Positions 42,238-51,915 of a DNA stretch of 64,000 nucleotides are shown here, in pieces. The stretch is taken from the sequence record ON528725. The stretch is one strand, 5' to 3'. The notes beneath the pieces are model-generated. The model saw only the letters and a program-made list of their open reading frames with translations. It had not been told where the DNA came from and ran no database searches. Numbering within the stretch: the stretch's first letter is position 1; every line of letters begins with the position of its first letter. The position numbers were made by a program, and so were the translations under genes. This stretch comes from Shigella phage ESh15.

Positions 42238-43338
42238 TTACGCTGTGAAGATTTTATCCCACATCGCAACAACTGCATCTCGGTTATACTTCTTCCATAC
42301 GGCTTCAGCACGTTTAACTCGAGCTTCGTATGTGTCAGTGAATTCTAATACAGCTTTTGTGTAAAGCGCAACTACTTCTTTCTTAGGAGTAGAGGAATCA
42401 ATTTCTACACGCACAGTATCTGGGTCATATTCGAATGTCGCGTGCGGATAATCCTTAAAAACTAACTGAATCACAGGTACACCTTTAGAGATGGCTTCAA
42501 TAGAACTATTCTCTACCGTACCCGTGTCAGGACACGTATTGATAAGTGCTTTAGCTGTTTTAAGACGTTCCATAATTTCACTGTGTGGAGCATCAATAAT
42601 AACAGGATACTTGGCCGGTGGTGCCCATTTGCTTGGACAGTATCCTGCGCCATTTTCGCCTAATGCTTTAATCGCTTCAAGAGCAACATCAGTACGACGC
42701 ATCTTAGTGTCATAACGTTGAGCACTAATAATCAAATCAGTTGCTGGAAGAACTTCAGGTTTCTCATTCAAACAAATAACCGGATAATCTTCGGCTTCAA
42801 ACAACGGATTTGCTCGCCAATAATCATAATCAATTTTGTCAGTCAGTCCTGAAGTCATATAACAATATTTGCGTTCAAATTCACGGAAGGCTTTAGTAGG
42901 AGCATAACTCTTACCACCGTTCTTATGAATTTGAATAGTCTGGTCCCAAATTTGAACAATGCCACGAGATACCGGTTCAAATGGTGTCGCCATAAAATTC
43001 TTATGAACTTTAGAGAGACCTGCGTCTTTAATTGCCTGAACGGTTAGTTTGGTCGGTTCCATTGTAACAACGAAATCGTACTCATTGATGCCGGCTAGTT
43101 CAACAATCTTACGAGCCATAGTATAACTCATACCTAGACTGAATTTAGTCAGATGACCAACAGGATGATGATTAACCTTCCAGTCACCAAACGTGTCATT
43201 ATCAAAACCGATATAATCAATATCAGCACCGATGGACACAAGATATTTCAATACATTTAAATGTACTGCTTCAAGACCACCTTGTACACGTTCAGGATTA
43301 AATGGGACTGCACGAGATGGGATAAACATAACTTTCAT
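42238..43338 (-). CDS. GT-B fold glycosyltransferase (GT4-like), candidate DNA hydroxymethylcytosine sugar transferase
   Basis: 366 aa; C-terminal TGTVENSSIEAISKGVPVIQ fits the GT4 E-x7-E motif; occupies the slot between rIIA.1 and gene 39. Confidence 0.6.
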   Translation of the reverse strand: MKVMFIPSRAVPFNPERVQGGLEAVHLNVLKYLVSIGADIDYIGFDNDTFGDWKVNHHPVGHLTKFSLGMSYTMARKIVELAGINEYDFVVTMEPTKLTVQAIKDAGLSKVHKNFMATPFEPVSRGIVQIWDQTIQIHKNGGKSYAPTKAFREFERKYCYMTSGLTDKIDYDYWRANPLFEAEDYPVICLNEKPEVLPATDLIISAQRYDTKMRRTDVALEAIKALGENGAGYCPSKWAPPAKYPVIIDAPHSEIMERLKTAKALINTCPDTGTVENSSIEAISKGVPVIQLVFKDYPHATFEYDPDTVRVEIDSSTPKKEVVALYTKAVLEFTDTYEARVKRAEAVWKKYNRDAVVAMWDKIFTA

Positions 43339-43354
43339 AATTAAGCCTTATTAA

Positions 43355-43381
43355 AATTAAAATGAAGCTCCCGAAGGAGCT
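43355..43381 (-). terminator. hairpin plus U-rich tract at the 3' end of gene 39
   Basis: AAGCUCC-UUCG-GGAGCUU hairpin overlapping the gene 39 stop, followed by a U-rich stretch. Confidence 0.4.
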
Positions 43382-45198
43382 TAGGACATCCATTCTTTAC
43401 GAAGTTCTGAATCATCACCCATCAACATTTCAAAGAGTTCTTTCCAATTTTCAGGAAGTTTAACTACGTCGTACACAGGGTTCTGAATCATTTCACGATA
43501 TTCTGACTTTTCAAGGGAGCCTAATCCCTTGATGTATCGAATACTATGCTTAGGCAGCGTATCTTTAGCTTCTTCGTACTCAGCTACAGTATAAAACCAT
43601 TTTTGAGTTTTGCCGATTTGTGCAATAATTACAGGTGTTTTAACAAAGCGAATACGTCCTTGTTCAAACAATTCAGGCCAATTACTAAAGAAAGCAAGCA
43701 AAGCCGGATAGATACTTCCAAGACCGTCATGATCGGCATCGGTCATAATTGCAATATTACGATAGTTCGTATTCTCTGCTTTTTCACCAAGAATAAGACC
43801 TGTGATAGCACAGATATCAAAGAGCTCTTTGTTCTTCATCATATCAGCATATGACATACCCCAGCTATTCATCACCTTACCACGTAATGGGAATCCGCCA
43901 TGTAGTTCACGGTCACGAACATCAATGAGATATCCAATTGCCGAATCACCTTCTGTTAAGAACAATGTCGTATCTGCGTCTTTACCGCATTGGTTAGCTT
44001 TAATATGCTTATGAACCTTAGCTTTAGTGGCCTTTTTAGCTGCTTTAGTTTCTGCAGCCTTTTCTGCTGCCAATTTACGAGCTAATGCTGCTTCAACAAT
44101 AGGCATAATCAAGGCTTCGTTTTTAAGAAGTGCCTGAGCAATTTTCTTAGCATCTAATTGGATATGATTACGAATATCACCATATGTTGACGTTAAACGT
44201 TCTTTAGTCTGAGAATCAAAACGCATGTTACTCATGTCTCTAATAAACATCAACATTGTGAGGCATTCTTTAACACGAGCTTTAGTGACTTCAATACCCT
44301 TATATTTCTTTTTAATACCTGGCAAAAGATGTTCGCAGATATCGTCCATTACACATTCAACATGATGTCCACCATTTTTAGTATGGATGTTATTCACATA
44401 AGTTAAATGACGGAAGCCATCTGGTGATGTTGTGAATGCTATAGAGACTTTATCATTTTCTTGAATGATGTTATCTTCACCAAATTGTTTAGCAAATCGT
44501 TTAAAATTACCATCAACCTTTTTACCATTAAATGTGAACTTGATATCAGGATAAACGACTGCCAATGTTTGAAGTCGGTCTAAAGTAATATCTAAATAAA
44601 TTTGAGATAAATTATGCTCTTCAAATGAAGAGAAATCAGGAGTGAAGATTACTTTAGTGCCTTTACCTTTAGATTTCTTAGAAGACCATGATTTGTTTTC
44701 CATTCCGTTTGAACAGTTAACAGTGATTTCATTTTCGCCATCTGACGTGATGCCTGTAAACAACGTAGAGAAGATATTAGTTAAACTACTCCCGACGCCG
44801 TTCATACCACCAGTCTTGCGTTCAGAGTCATCACCAAAGTTACCACCGGCCTTTGGAATAGTCCAGGCTGCTACAGGCCCAGGAATTTGTTCACCTGTTT
44901 GGTCGGTAACTAAACCTTGAGGAATACCACGTCCGTTATCTTCCACAGAAACTTGATTATTTTTAATTTGCACATCAATTTTATTTGCAAACTTAAATGA
45001 TGTACGAATAGCTTCATCAACCGAGTTGTCAATAATCTCATCGATTAATTTAACCAGACCAGGAACATATTCAACTTGTTGATATTTACCAAACAAAAAA
45101 CGCTCATGTGCTTCTTTGGCCGAAGAACCAATATACATACCACTACGTTTCTTAATATGTTCTACATCCGACAATACCTTAATTTCATTTTTAATCAT
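43381..45198 (-). CDS. 39: DNA topoisomerase II large subunit, unsplit gp39 (39 plus 60 equivalent)
   Basis: 605 aa; GyrB-like ATPase and TOPRIM; C-terminal part corresponds to T4 gp60 without interruption. Confidence 0.92.
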   Translation of the reverse strand: MIKNEIKVLSDVEHIKKRSGMYIGSSAKEAHERFLFGKYQQVEYVPGLVKLIDEIIDNSVDEAIRTSFKFANKIDVQIKNNQVSVEDNGRGIPQGLVTDQTGEQIPGPVAAWTIPKAGGNFGDDSERKTGGMNGVGSSLTNIFSTLFTGITSDGENEITVNCSNGMENKSWSSKKSKGKGTKVIFTPDFSSFEEHNLSQIYLDITLDRLQTLAVVYPDIKFTFNGKKVDGNFKRFAKQFGEDNIIQENDKVSIAFTTSPDGFRHLTYVNNIHTKNGGHHVECVMDDICEHLLPGIKKKYKGIEVTKARVKECLTMLMFIRDMSNMRFDSQTKERLTSTYGDIRNHIQLDAKKIAQALLKNEALIMPIVEAALARKLAAEKAAETKAAKKATKAKVHKHIKANQCGKDADTTLFLTEGDSAIGYLIDVRDRELHGGFPLRGKVMNSWGMSYADMMKNKELFDICAITGLILGEKAENTNYRNIAIMTDADHDGLGSIYPALLAFFSNWPELFEQGRIRFVKTPVIIAQIGKTQKWFYTVAEYEEAKDTLPKHSIRYIKGLGSLEKSEYREMIQNPVYDVVKLPENWKELFEMLMGDDSELRKEWMS

Positions 45199-45242
45199 GT
45201 TGTCTCCTCGTTATGAAGGTATTCTATCATCCGAAATCTAAA

Positions 45243-45261
45243 GCAAAAAGGGCCGGAGCCC
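45243..45261 (-). terminator. intrinsic terminator upstream of gene 39
   Basis: GGGC-UCCG-GCCC hairpin followed by UUUUUGCUU. Confidence 0.5.
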
Positions 45262-45708
45262 TTATTTAAATTTAATTTTCTGAAGTGTATCAATTGCAGC
45301 TAAACGCCCTTGTTCACTTTTAACCGTAATGACCACATCACCTGATACGATCACCGAACCATCAACAAATTCTATAGAGCCTTTTTTGAAATCGACAGCT
45401 GTATCTGGTTCCGGAACTTCTTCAAAGAATTTAAATTCTGCACCATAAATCAGAATATCACCTTGCATACTATGAATAGTTCGGCCATAATCGCCTACGG
45501 CTTCTACAGCAATCACTGAAACACCATAACCAATCATCTCTTCCACAATAAAATCTTTAGACAATAAAGTAGTATGCAGATTAGTATTAAGACGTTTACC
45601 AGTCGTATTAAGAATTCTCAAGAAATTATCTTCCTGTCCTTTGATAATACGATATTTCTTACCAACTTCAAAACCTTTAAAACCTTTAAAAGACGTATTA
45701 AAAGCCAT
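45262..45708 (-). CDS. hypothetical protein (148 aa, 39.1 position)
   Basis: Track ORF. Confidence 0.45.
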   Translation of the reverse strand: MAFNTSFKGFKGFEVGKKYRIIKGQEDNFLRILNTTGKRLNTNLHTTLLSKDFIVEEMIGYGVSVIAVEAVGDYGRTIHSMQGDILIYGAEFKFFEEVPEPDTAVDFKKGSIEFVDGSVIVSGDVVITVKSEQGRLAAIDTLQKIKFK

Positions 45709-45710
45709 AA

Positions 45711-45890
45711 TTAACCCTTCTTAAGTAAGTCGTAAAAACCACCGTTCACATGTTTAGGAGCAGAAACCCGACGAGTAGACAGACGATGACATTCAGGGCA
45801 AACATCGTTTTCTCGTTCAGAAATCCTTTTAATTTTTTCATATTCATGACCACAATCTTCAGATTGACATTTATAGTCGTATAACGGCAT
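45711..45890 (-). CDS. FmdB-type zinc-ribbon protein (59 aa)
   Basis: Hand-translated MPLYDYKCQSEDCGHEYE...CPECH; two CxxC pairs with the MP.Y.Y.C..CG..FE signature. Confidence 0.45.
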   Translation of the reverse strand: MPLYDYKCQSEDCGHEYEKIKRISERENDVCPECHRLSTRRVSAPKHVNGGFYDLLKKG

Positions 45891-45892
45891 TA

Positions 45893-46321
45893 TTATTCCT
45901 TAAAATGTGCTTTCAACATTTGATACAAAGACCATGCCTGGTCGTTATTTTCGATAGTAATCGTCATCACAGGAAATTCAGACAATTCGTCAAGTTCACT
46001 AGAATCTTGCTCTTCAGACGCTTGATATGGATTTCCAACTTCGTCAAAGAACTCTGCTTCATTCGTGGAGAGCCAGATAAAGTTTTCATCAAGAATATCA
46101 CCGCCTGTTGCGTATCCAACCATACCAGTAGATGTCACAATTTTAGTAGGTCGTCCAAGATGGTCAACATCTAATACTTTAAATGGTTCCATGCCAAGAC
46201 GTCGTGCATAAATCCCATTATCAGTGTGGTTTTTAATAAACTCTTCTTGGGCACGTTTATCTTTAAATTGGTACCATGAGTTAACGCGGAATTTATTAGC
46301 CATTAGTAAGTTTCCTTCCAA
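45893..46321 (-). CDS. hypothetical protein (goF position)
   Basis: 142-aa track ORF in the position of T4 goF; identity not confirmed. Confidence 0.4.
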   Translation of the reverse strand: MEGNLLMANKFRVNSWYQFKDKRAQEEFIKNHTDNGIYARRLGMEPFKVLDVDHLGRPTKIVTSTGMVGYATGGDILDENFIWLSTNEAEFFDEVGNPYQASEEQDSSELDELSEFPVMTITIENNDQAWSLYQMLKAHFKE

Positions 46322-46575
46322 TAAGTTGTACCATTTTCAGTGATTTCACGGAAGATACCATAGATAGGCATTTCATCACCGAGTTTTTCGTAAACGTAAA
46401 CCACTTCAGTGTAGCATAAAAATTCAGTCCAGTTTTTCTGTACAACAACTAAATCAGGATTAAACAGAACATCTTCAAACTCATCGATGTTTGAATCAGT
46501 AGTTACGTTTTTAATGATTTGACGTTTCATAATATTCTCCTCTTGTTTTGATAGGTCTATAGTATCATAGACCAT
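46303..46575 (-). CDS. hypothetical protein (cef position)
   Basis: Track ORF; real start probably an internal Met. Confidence 0.35.
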   Translation of the reverse strand: MVYDTIDLSKQEENIMKRQIIKNVTTDSNIDEFEDVLFNPDLVVVQKNWTEFLCYTEVVYVYEKLGDEMPIYGIFREITENGTTYWKETY

Positions 46576-46587
46576 AGTTGTTGTACA

Positions 46588-47112
46588 TCATTTTAGCAAA
46601 ATAAAATCAACTTGTTCTGCCAATGAACGTCTGAACATTAATTGACAACTTCCGAGGATGAAATCAGGTGCTTCATAGACCGCGATGTAGTATCCTTTAG
46701 CTTTCAAGAGTTCAACATCCACCTGGTCATCAAACCATGCATAAACCGCGTCAACACTTTCAAATCCAAAATAGAACCCTTGAGCCCAATCTTCACTCAA
46801 TTCAAATGTGTGCTCAATTCTATAGTATCTTAAGATATTTTGTTCAAGGAGTTTATCTTCATTTACTGTAGGACGATTAGGGACATTATAGTTGTCGCCG
46901 TGATGGTAGAAATTACCTGAGAGTATTCCATGTTTATCAAGGAACTCCCATGTTTCTTCAGAGTTGTCGGTGCCTGACCAACCGTAAGGTGAGCGAGGTT
47001 CTTTATTCCAAGAGGTTTCCCAAATTCTGACGGCTTTACCGTCTTCGATGGCAATTCCTGGTAATGATTCACGTTGAGTACAAAAACTACGTTCTACGCG
47101 GTAAACTAACAT
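46588..47112 (-). CDS. hypothetical protein (motB position)
   Basis: 174-aa track ORF in the position of T4 motB; identity not confirmed. Confidence 0.4.
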   Translation of the reverse strand: MLVYRVERSFCTQRESLPGIAIEDGKAVRIWETSWNKEPRSPYGWSGTDNSEETWEFLDKHGILSGNFYHHGDNYNVPNRPTVNEDKLLEQNILRYYRIEHTFELSEDWAQGFYFGFESVDAVYAWFDDQVDVELLKAKGYYIAVYEAPDFILGSCQLMFRRSLAEQVDFILLK

Positions 47113-47138
47113 ATTATTCTCCTCTAGTCGATAGATTT

Positions 47139-47168
47139 ATAGTATCAAAACTAGAGGAGAAGTAAACA
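47139..47168 (-). promoter_or_regulatory. early promoter embedded in a 9-bp inverted repeat (PeSL-like cassette)
   Basis: CTCCTCTAG ... CTAGAGGAG arms at 47119-47127 and 47151-47159 flank the -10 region; GTTTAC at 47163-47168. Confidence 0.45.
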
Positions 47169-47171
47169 ACT

Positions 47172-47591
47172 TTATGCAAAAGATGCTGGACAATATTTTT
47201 TGATTTGGAACTCAGGAACTACCATGAACTGTCCAGCGAAAACGATGTTATAAAGCTTAACACCATCTTCTACCCATTGGTCGCTAATAAATCCGGCGAT
47301 TTGCTTAGTTTTCCATGGCGTTCCATCAGTTGCAGAAGCAATAGTAAATTCATGGTCTTTTACAACTAAAACAGACCTGCATAGTCCCCATTTGAACGCT
47401 TTTTCTTCTGGTTCAATGAATTGGCTTGAGACGTAGCCAATGTTGCCATCAGCATCACGAACTTTAACTTGATGCGGACTAAAGAGTCCACAACTTACAG
47501 AAAGAACTTCAACCAACTTCCCAGCAACTTTAGAGCGAGAAGCAACAGGTACATATACGTAATCACCTGTAGAGAGATTTGCAATATTCAT
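47172..47591 (-). CDS. paralogue family member 1 (139 aa)
   Basis: Shares SRSKVAGKLVEV, FKWGLC and C-terminal GFISDQWVEDG.KLYNIVF.G.F.VV blocks with the next two ORFs. Confidence 0.5.
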   Translation of the reverse strand: MNIANLSTGDYVYVPVASRSKVAGKLVEVLSVSCGLFSPHQVKVRDADGNIGYVSSQFIEPEEKAFKWGLCRSVLVVKDHEFTIASATDGTPWKTKQIAGFISDQWVEDGVKLYNIVFAGQFMVVPEFQIKKYCPASFA

Positions 47592-47600
47592 AATAATTCC

Positions 47601-48149
47601 TTAAGCTTTACGAGGAGACACATAGCGAGTGATTTCAGATTCTTCAACAACTCGGAAGTCACCTAAGAATACAATATTGTATAGCTTTTTACCATCTTCA
47701 ACCCATTGGTCGCTGATGAAGCCGCACATAGTATCAGTTTTGCTTGGATAACCATATTCGTCGATGAAATCAAATTCTTTATCAGTCTGGAATTCAACGC
47801 CTTTGCAAAGGGCCCATTTGAACTGTGCATTATGCTCTGTAGATTCAACTTTTTCTCTTGAAGCAAAAGCACTACTCACAGGCGTTTCCAAGAACTTTGC
47901 ACGAACATAAGCAAATTGGGTTTCCTGTGTCCCAAAACTAGGAATAATACGAACTTTTACCTCAGAATCTTCATCTTTAACGCCTTCTTTAAGTTGAATA
48001 CTTACAACTTCGACCAATTTTCCTGCGGCTTTAGAACGAGATTTGTTAGATACGCGAACGATTTCACCAATAATACCAAGATTCATAATTTCTCTCTCTT
48101 TGTTTAAATTGAATTCACTATACTCCATCCATCCTTGGATGTACAACAT
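47601..48149 (-). CDS. paralogue family member 2 (start probably internal, about 161 aa)
   Basis: Same conserved blocks as 47172-47591. Confidence 0.5.
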   Translation of the reverse strand: MLYIQGWMEYSEFNLNKEREIMNLGIIGEIVRVSNKSRSKAAGKLVEVVSIQLKEGVKDEDSEVKVRIIPSFGTQETQFAYVRAKFLETPVSSAFASREKVESTEHNAQFKWALCKGVEFQTDKEFDFIDEYGYPSKTDTMCGFISDQWVEDGKKLYNIVFLGDFRVVEESEITRYVSPRKA

Positions 48150-48640
48150 TAATTTAGAATATTAACCACAGCACTACGTGGAACTACACTAAAATCACCG
48201 GCATGAACAACGTTCAGAAGTTCAACCCCATCTTCAATCCACTGGTCAGTTACCCAGCCACTTACTGGACCAGCGAATGGGCGTCGAATTGAAACAGCTT
48301 TACACAACAAATCAGTAGGCTCAATAGGCTTAATCAGAGTACCATACATACAAGCGATATCCATATCAAAGATGTCTTTAACTGGTTCTACTTCTTCAAT
48401 CAACAGTTCAAAGTCGGTGCTTGGAAGGGCGGTAGTAGAAATTGTACCGTATGAATTTTTAATTTCTAAGAATAACCAAGGGCCTTCAGCTTGTTTGATG
48501 AAGTTAACAATAGTGAAACTATTACCTTGAGTGGCACCTAAAATTTCACAAAACTTTTCGTAAGCTCGCACTGAAGCACCGTACCAGTTGATTTGTTTTT
48601 CGTCTTTCAGGATGTAAGTAGCCATAGCAGTGATATTCAT
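48149..48640 (-). CDS. paralogue family member 3 (163 aa)
   Basis: Shares the C-terminal GWVTDQWIEDGVELLNVVHAGDFSVVP block. Confidence 0.5.
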   Translation of the reverse strand: MNITAMATYILKDEKQINWYGASVRAYEKFCEILGATQGNSFTIVNFIKQAEGPWLFLEIKNSYGTISTTALPSTDFELLIEEVEPVKDIFDMDIACMYGTLIKPIEPTDLLCKAVSIRRPFAGPVSGWVTDQWIEDGVELLNVVHAGDFSVVPRSAVVNILN

Positions 48641-48671
48641 AATGTTTTTCCTGTTTGGTTAAGATAGATTC

Positions 48672-48701
48672 ATTATACTCCAACCATCCTTGGTTGTAAA
48701 C
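48672..48701 (-). promoter_or_regulatory. early promoter (GTTTAC-N18-TATAAT) with CAACCA-tcc-TTGGTTG palindrome in spacer
   Basis: Plus-strand attata at 48672-48677 and gtaaac at 48696-48701. Confidence 0.45.
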
Positions 48702-48706
48702 TGTTT

Positions 48707-49384
48707 TTATCGCTGTTTTACACTTAACGGGTCAGGATTCTCAGGGACATCTTCAAGGCCAAGCGCATAACGCTGAGCATATTTTAACATCAAAATATCT
48801 TTAGCACAATCGTGAATACTATCATGGGCAACGAATCCTTTTAGCGCACCCATCGGTAATGGACACATACTTAATCCTCGTGTCAACGAGTAAGCTTCGA
48901 TTGCCGTACGAATATCGCGTTGAGCCCAGAATTTAACAGGTTCTAATTTATCAGTATCAATATCTGGTTCAAGAACACCTTCATCACGATAGAGGTCACG
49001 AATCAAATCGACCAATATCGGGAAGTCAAAGCTCATACCACGGCACCACATCTGTGATTTCCATTGGTCAACTTTATTAGCTCGACAATAATCTAAAAAG
49101 ATTTTAATGCCTTCAAGCGTAGTGACATCGTCTTCAGACGGAGCCAGGTTTTTACGTGCTTCTGCTGATTGTTCTTTCCACCATTTCATAGTGGATTTAG
49201 CGAAAACTCGCTTCCCTTTCTGAGAAGCTAAATTAAATTTAATTCGCTTACCTCGTTGAACAAGTTCTTCGAATGTTTCAACAACTTCAGGGTCGGAATT
49301 ATATGCAATAACCGCCAGGTCAATAACAGCCGCTTTTGATGTATTGCCGAATGTTTCAAAATCTATAATAACATCAGTGCTCAT
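48707..49384 (-). CDS. dexA: exonuclease A (DEDD family)
   Basis: 225 aa; N-terminal IIDFETFG exonuclease motif; size and position as T4 DexA. Confidence 0.85.
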   Translation of the reverse strand: MSTDVIIDFETFGNTSKAAVIDLAVIAYNSDPEVVETFEELVQRGKRIKFNLASQKGKRVFAKSTMKWWKEQSAEARKNLAPSEDDVTTLEGIKIFLDYCRANKVDQWKSQMWCRGMSFDFPILVDLIRDLYRDEGVLEPDIDTDKLEPVKFWAQRDIRTAIEAYSLTRGLSMCPLPMGALKGFVAHDSIHDCAKDILMLKYAQRYALGLEDVPENPDPLSVKQR

Positions 49385-49393
49385 AATTTTCTC

Positions 49394-50707
49394 TCAAATA
49401 AAATGGACGTCAAAACGACCACGAGTCGTGCCGACATACAATAACTGTTTAGCTAATTCTGAATCGGCATAATGGATACACGGTGTATAAACAAAGGCCG
49501 TGTCAACAGACATACCCTGGGCCTTATGGAAGGTTGATACTGGTAGTGCCTTTACCTTAGTGAACATACGTTTAGCATCCCAGAATTCACTCCATGGAGC
49601 TTTACCACCTTTATTCCAGAATTTGTATGTTTCTGCTGTCTTAGCCAAAAACAAATTGAATTTATAAAGCTCTTCTTCAGAAGAAATAACCTTTATATCC
49701 TCGCGGACGTATTCTTCATCATCACCGTATGTTTCTACTGTAAGATTCCAGTATCGTATCATATATTCGCCTGAAACACCACGTGCTTTAACGAATGTAG
49801 ACGTTTCTACAGCGTCTCGAATACGAACGAATTGCCCGTTATTGAAAAGCATTTCGGTCATATTTTTGCCATCTAGCTTATATGTCTTAGTAAATGGCTC
49901 TTGTAGAACAATGACTTCGTCTTTAATAAATGGTTTTTCTGTTTCAAGAAGTTTTCGGCGAATAATTGAATTTAACTTGTCCACCGACTTATTTGTGAAT
50001 GCCATCATTCGATTTTCGAAAAGGTCTTCAGGAGTTTTAACGACATTAAAATAGTTCATCATATACGATTTAAGGTCTGTATATCTATGAACACCGTGCC
50101 CGTCAACTACTTTATCGTAAATCCATTTGCCATTACGAATATCAGTCGCAACATCAATAATTGGTGCATTGCTACGTTTAACTTCTGTAAGGTTGCATTG
50201 CACGAAGTCTTTGTGAGTGAAGAAAGGACTTAGATACGCAGTTGATTCGCCTGGGTCTACCGGTCGAATCTGGCATCTGTCGCCGATTCCAATTACTGTA
50301 CACCATTTAGGGATACTAGCTAACATTATTTTAAACAGAGAACGGTCACACATTGACGCTTCATCAAATAACAGTACACGGCACAAGGCTAAGTCTGGAA
50401 CCTTTTTCTGTTCAAATAATACGTTTTCTTCGTATGTAGTTGGGTTGATTTTAAGAATGCTATGAATAGTCGATGCTTCTTGACCTGCAAGTTTGCTTAG
50501 AACCTTTTTAGCAGCGTGTGTTGGTGCTGCTAAAATAATACCTGATTCTCCAGAAGAAATAAGGGCTTCAACGATGAATCTAGTAAGGGTTGTTTTACCT
50601 GTACCTGCAGGTCCATTAATAGTTACGTGATGTTTCTTTTCTTTAATAGCTTTCATAACAACGTTGAAGGCGTTTTTCTGGCCTTCAGTCAAGTCATCAA
50701 ATGTCAT
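49394..50707 (-). CDS. dda: Dda DNA helicase (SF1B)
   Basis: 437 aa; Walker A GPAGTGKTT; near-identical N-terminus to recalled T4 Dda. Confidence 0.95.
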   Translation of the reverse strand: MTFDDLTEGQKNAFNVVMKAIKEKKHHVTINGPAGTGKTTLTRFIVEALISSGESGIILAAPTHAAKKVLSKLAGQEASTIHSILKINPTTYEENVLFEQKKVPDLALCRVLLFDEASMCDRSLFKIMLASIPKWCTVIGIGDRCQIRPVDPGESTAYLSPFFTHKDFVQCNLTEVKRSNAPIIDVATDIRNGKWIYDKVVDGHGVHRYTDLKSYMMNYFNVVKTPEDLFENRMMAFTNKSVDKLNSIIRRKLLETEKPFIKDEVIVLQEPFTKTYKLDGKNMTEMLFNNGQFVRIRDAVETSTFVKARGVSGEYMIRYWNLTVETYGDDEEYVREDIKVISSEEELYKFNLFLAKTAETYKFWNKGGKAPWSEFWDAKRMFTKVKALPVSTFHKAQGMSVDTAFVYTPCIHYADSELAKQLLYVGTTRGRFDVHFI

Positions 50708-51015
50708 CGTAAAGTCCCTGCAATTGGAATACTAACAATACGGCCGGTATCTAGAATTCGTTGATACAATCTTTGCGTCTCTGCATCTAGTTTAACGTGT
50801 TTCATTTCAAGCTTATTAAACCAGAACTTACGCGGAGTTTCGACCATTCTTAGAACTCCCATTTTTAAATCTGTTTTATACTGTGTTTTCAAAGTATCGA
50901 AAACTTTATCTGCAATATCCTTTCTAAAAAATACTGCAGGACGATGTTCATCAAGTGGAACCGGGACAGTAAATCCTTCCATATCTCGATAAACTATTGC
51001 ATATACATAAACCAT
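50704..51015 (-). CDS. hypothetical protein (103 aa, dda.1 position)
   Basis: Track ORF overlapping dda start by 4 nt. Confidence 0.45.
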   Translation of the reverse strand: MVYVYAIVYRDMEGFTVPVPLDEHRPAVFFRKDIADKVFDTLKTQYKTDLKMGVLRMVETPRKFWFNKLEMKHVKLDAETQRLYQRILDTGRIVSIPIAGTLR

Positions 51016-51017
51016 AA

Positions 51018-51764
51018 TTAACCTTTAATCAGTTGGAATAATGATGCGCTAAGTGGTAAGCCACGTTTCAATTTTAATTTACCAATGAAACCAATCTTTT
51101 CAAAACGTTGCAGACCTTGGATAACTTTATCATATGTATCGAAAAGCGATTCAGCGTCAGTTAATTTAGTTTTAGTTTTCCAGTCAGAGCCTTTAAGAAG
51201 AACGTTGAGTTTAGTAAGTTCATGGCCTTCTGCTTGGTGTGAGCCATTAATGCGTGCTTTCAAAGCAACAATTCTAAGTTTAGATTCGTTGGATAAAGGT
51301 TGATTTTTCATCATGTTCGCCATATGCTTAACACGATTTTCACGTTTTGCTCGGATTTTTAAAATAGTGCCATAAACCTTTTTAATTTGGGCCCATTTCT
51401 TCTCGTCGAGATTAAGTTTCTCTACTTTACGGACAGAAGGATTAGCGATACGTCTTGCAATGGCATCACGTTTCTCAATAAGTTCTTCTAATGTTAAATC
51501 AGAACGGGCCGTGTTATATTTTTTCTTAACTGGGATAACATTACCTTTAATGTAGCCGATATCGTTATCAAAACGTTCTAAGGATAATTTCTCACCTTCA
51601 ACAGAGTTATTGAAAGATTCACCTGAGTAAGCGCAGACCTTTTGATCAAGAATGTTTTTAAGGTAATTAAAGTCTAAGTTAAAATCCTTAGAGCGTCTCT
51701 TCGCAGAAGCTCTGGTGTGGTCAAGACGACGATTGATTTTGTTAATTTTATTATTTGATAACAT
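51018..51764 (-). CDS. srd: Srd-like protein
   Basis: 248 aa basic protein in the T4 srd position between dda.1 and mod; identity by position and size only. Confidence 0.5.
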   Translation of the reverse strand: MLSNNKINKINRRLDHTRASAKRRSKDFNLDFNYLKNILDQKVCAYSGESFNNSVEGEKLSLERFDNDIGYIKGNVIPVKKKYNTARSDLTLEELIEKRDAIARRIANPSVRKVEKLNLDEKKWAQIKKVYGTILKIRAKRENRVKHMANMMKNQPLSNESKLRIVALKARINGSHQAEGHELTKLNVLLKGSDWKTKTKLTDAESLFDTYDKVIQGLQRFEKIGFIGKLKLKRGLPLSASLFQLIKG

Positions 51765-51915
51765 AATATTTTCCTCTGTCTTACGGACGTTAGGTCATTT
51801 AGCTGATAAGCTTATAATATCATGCCCTCAGGTAGTGTACACTCTTTTTCGTAAAATGCTTTAATTTTTTATGTGTTATAATGGTTCTGAGTTCCATCCG
51901 GTTATTCCAATCCAG

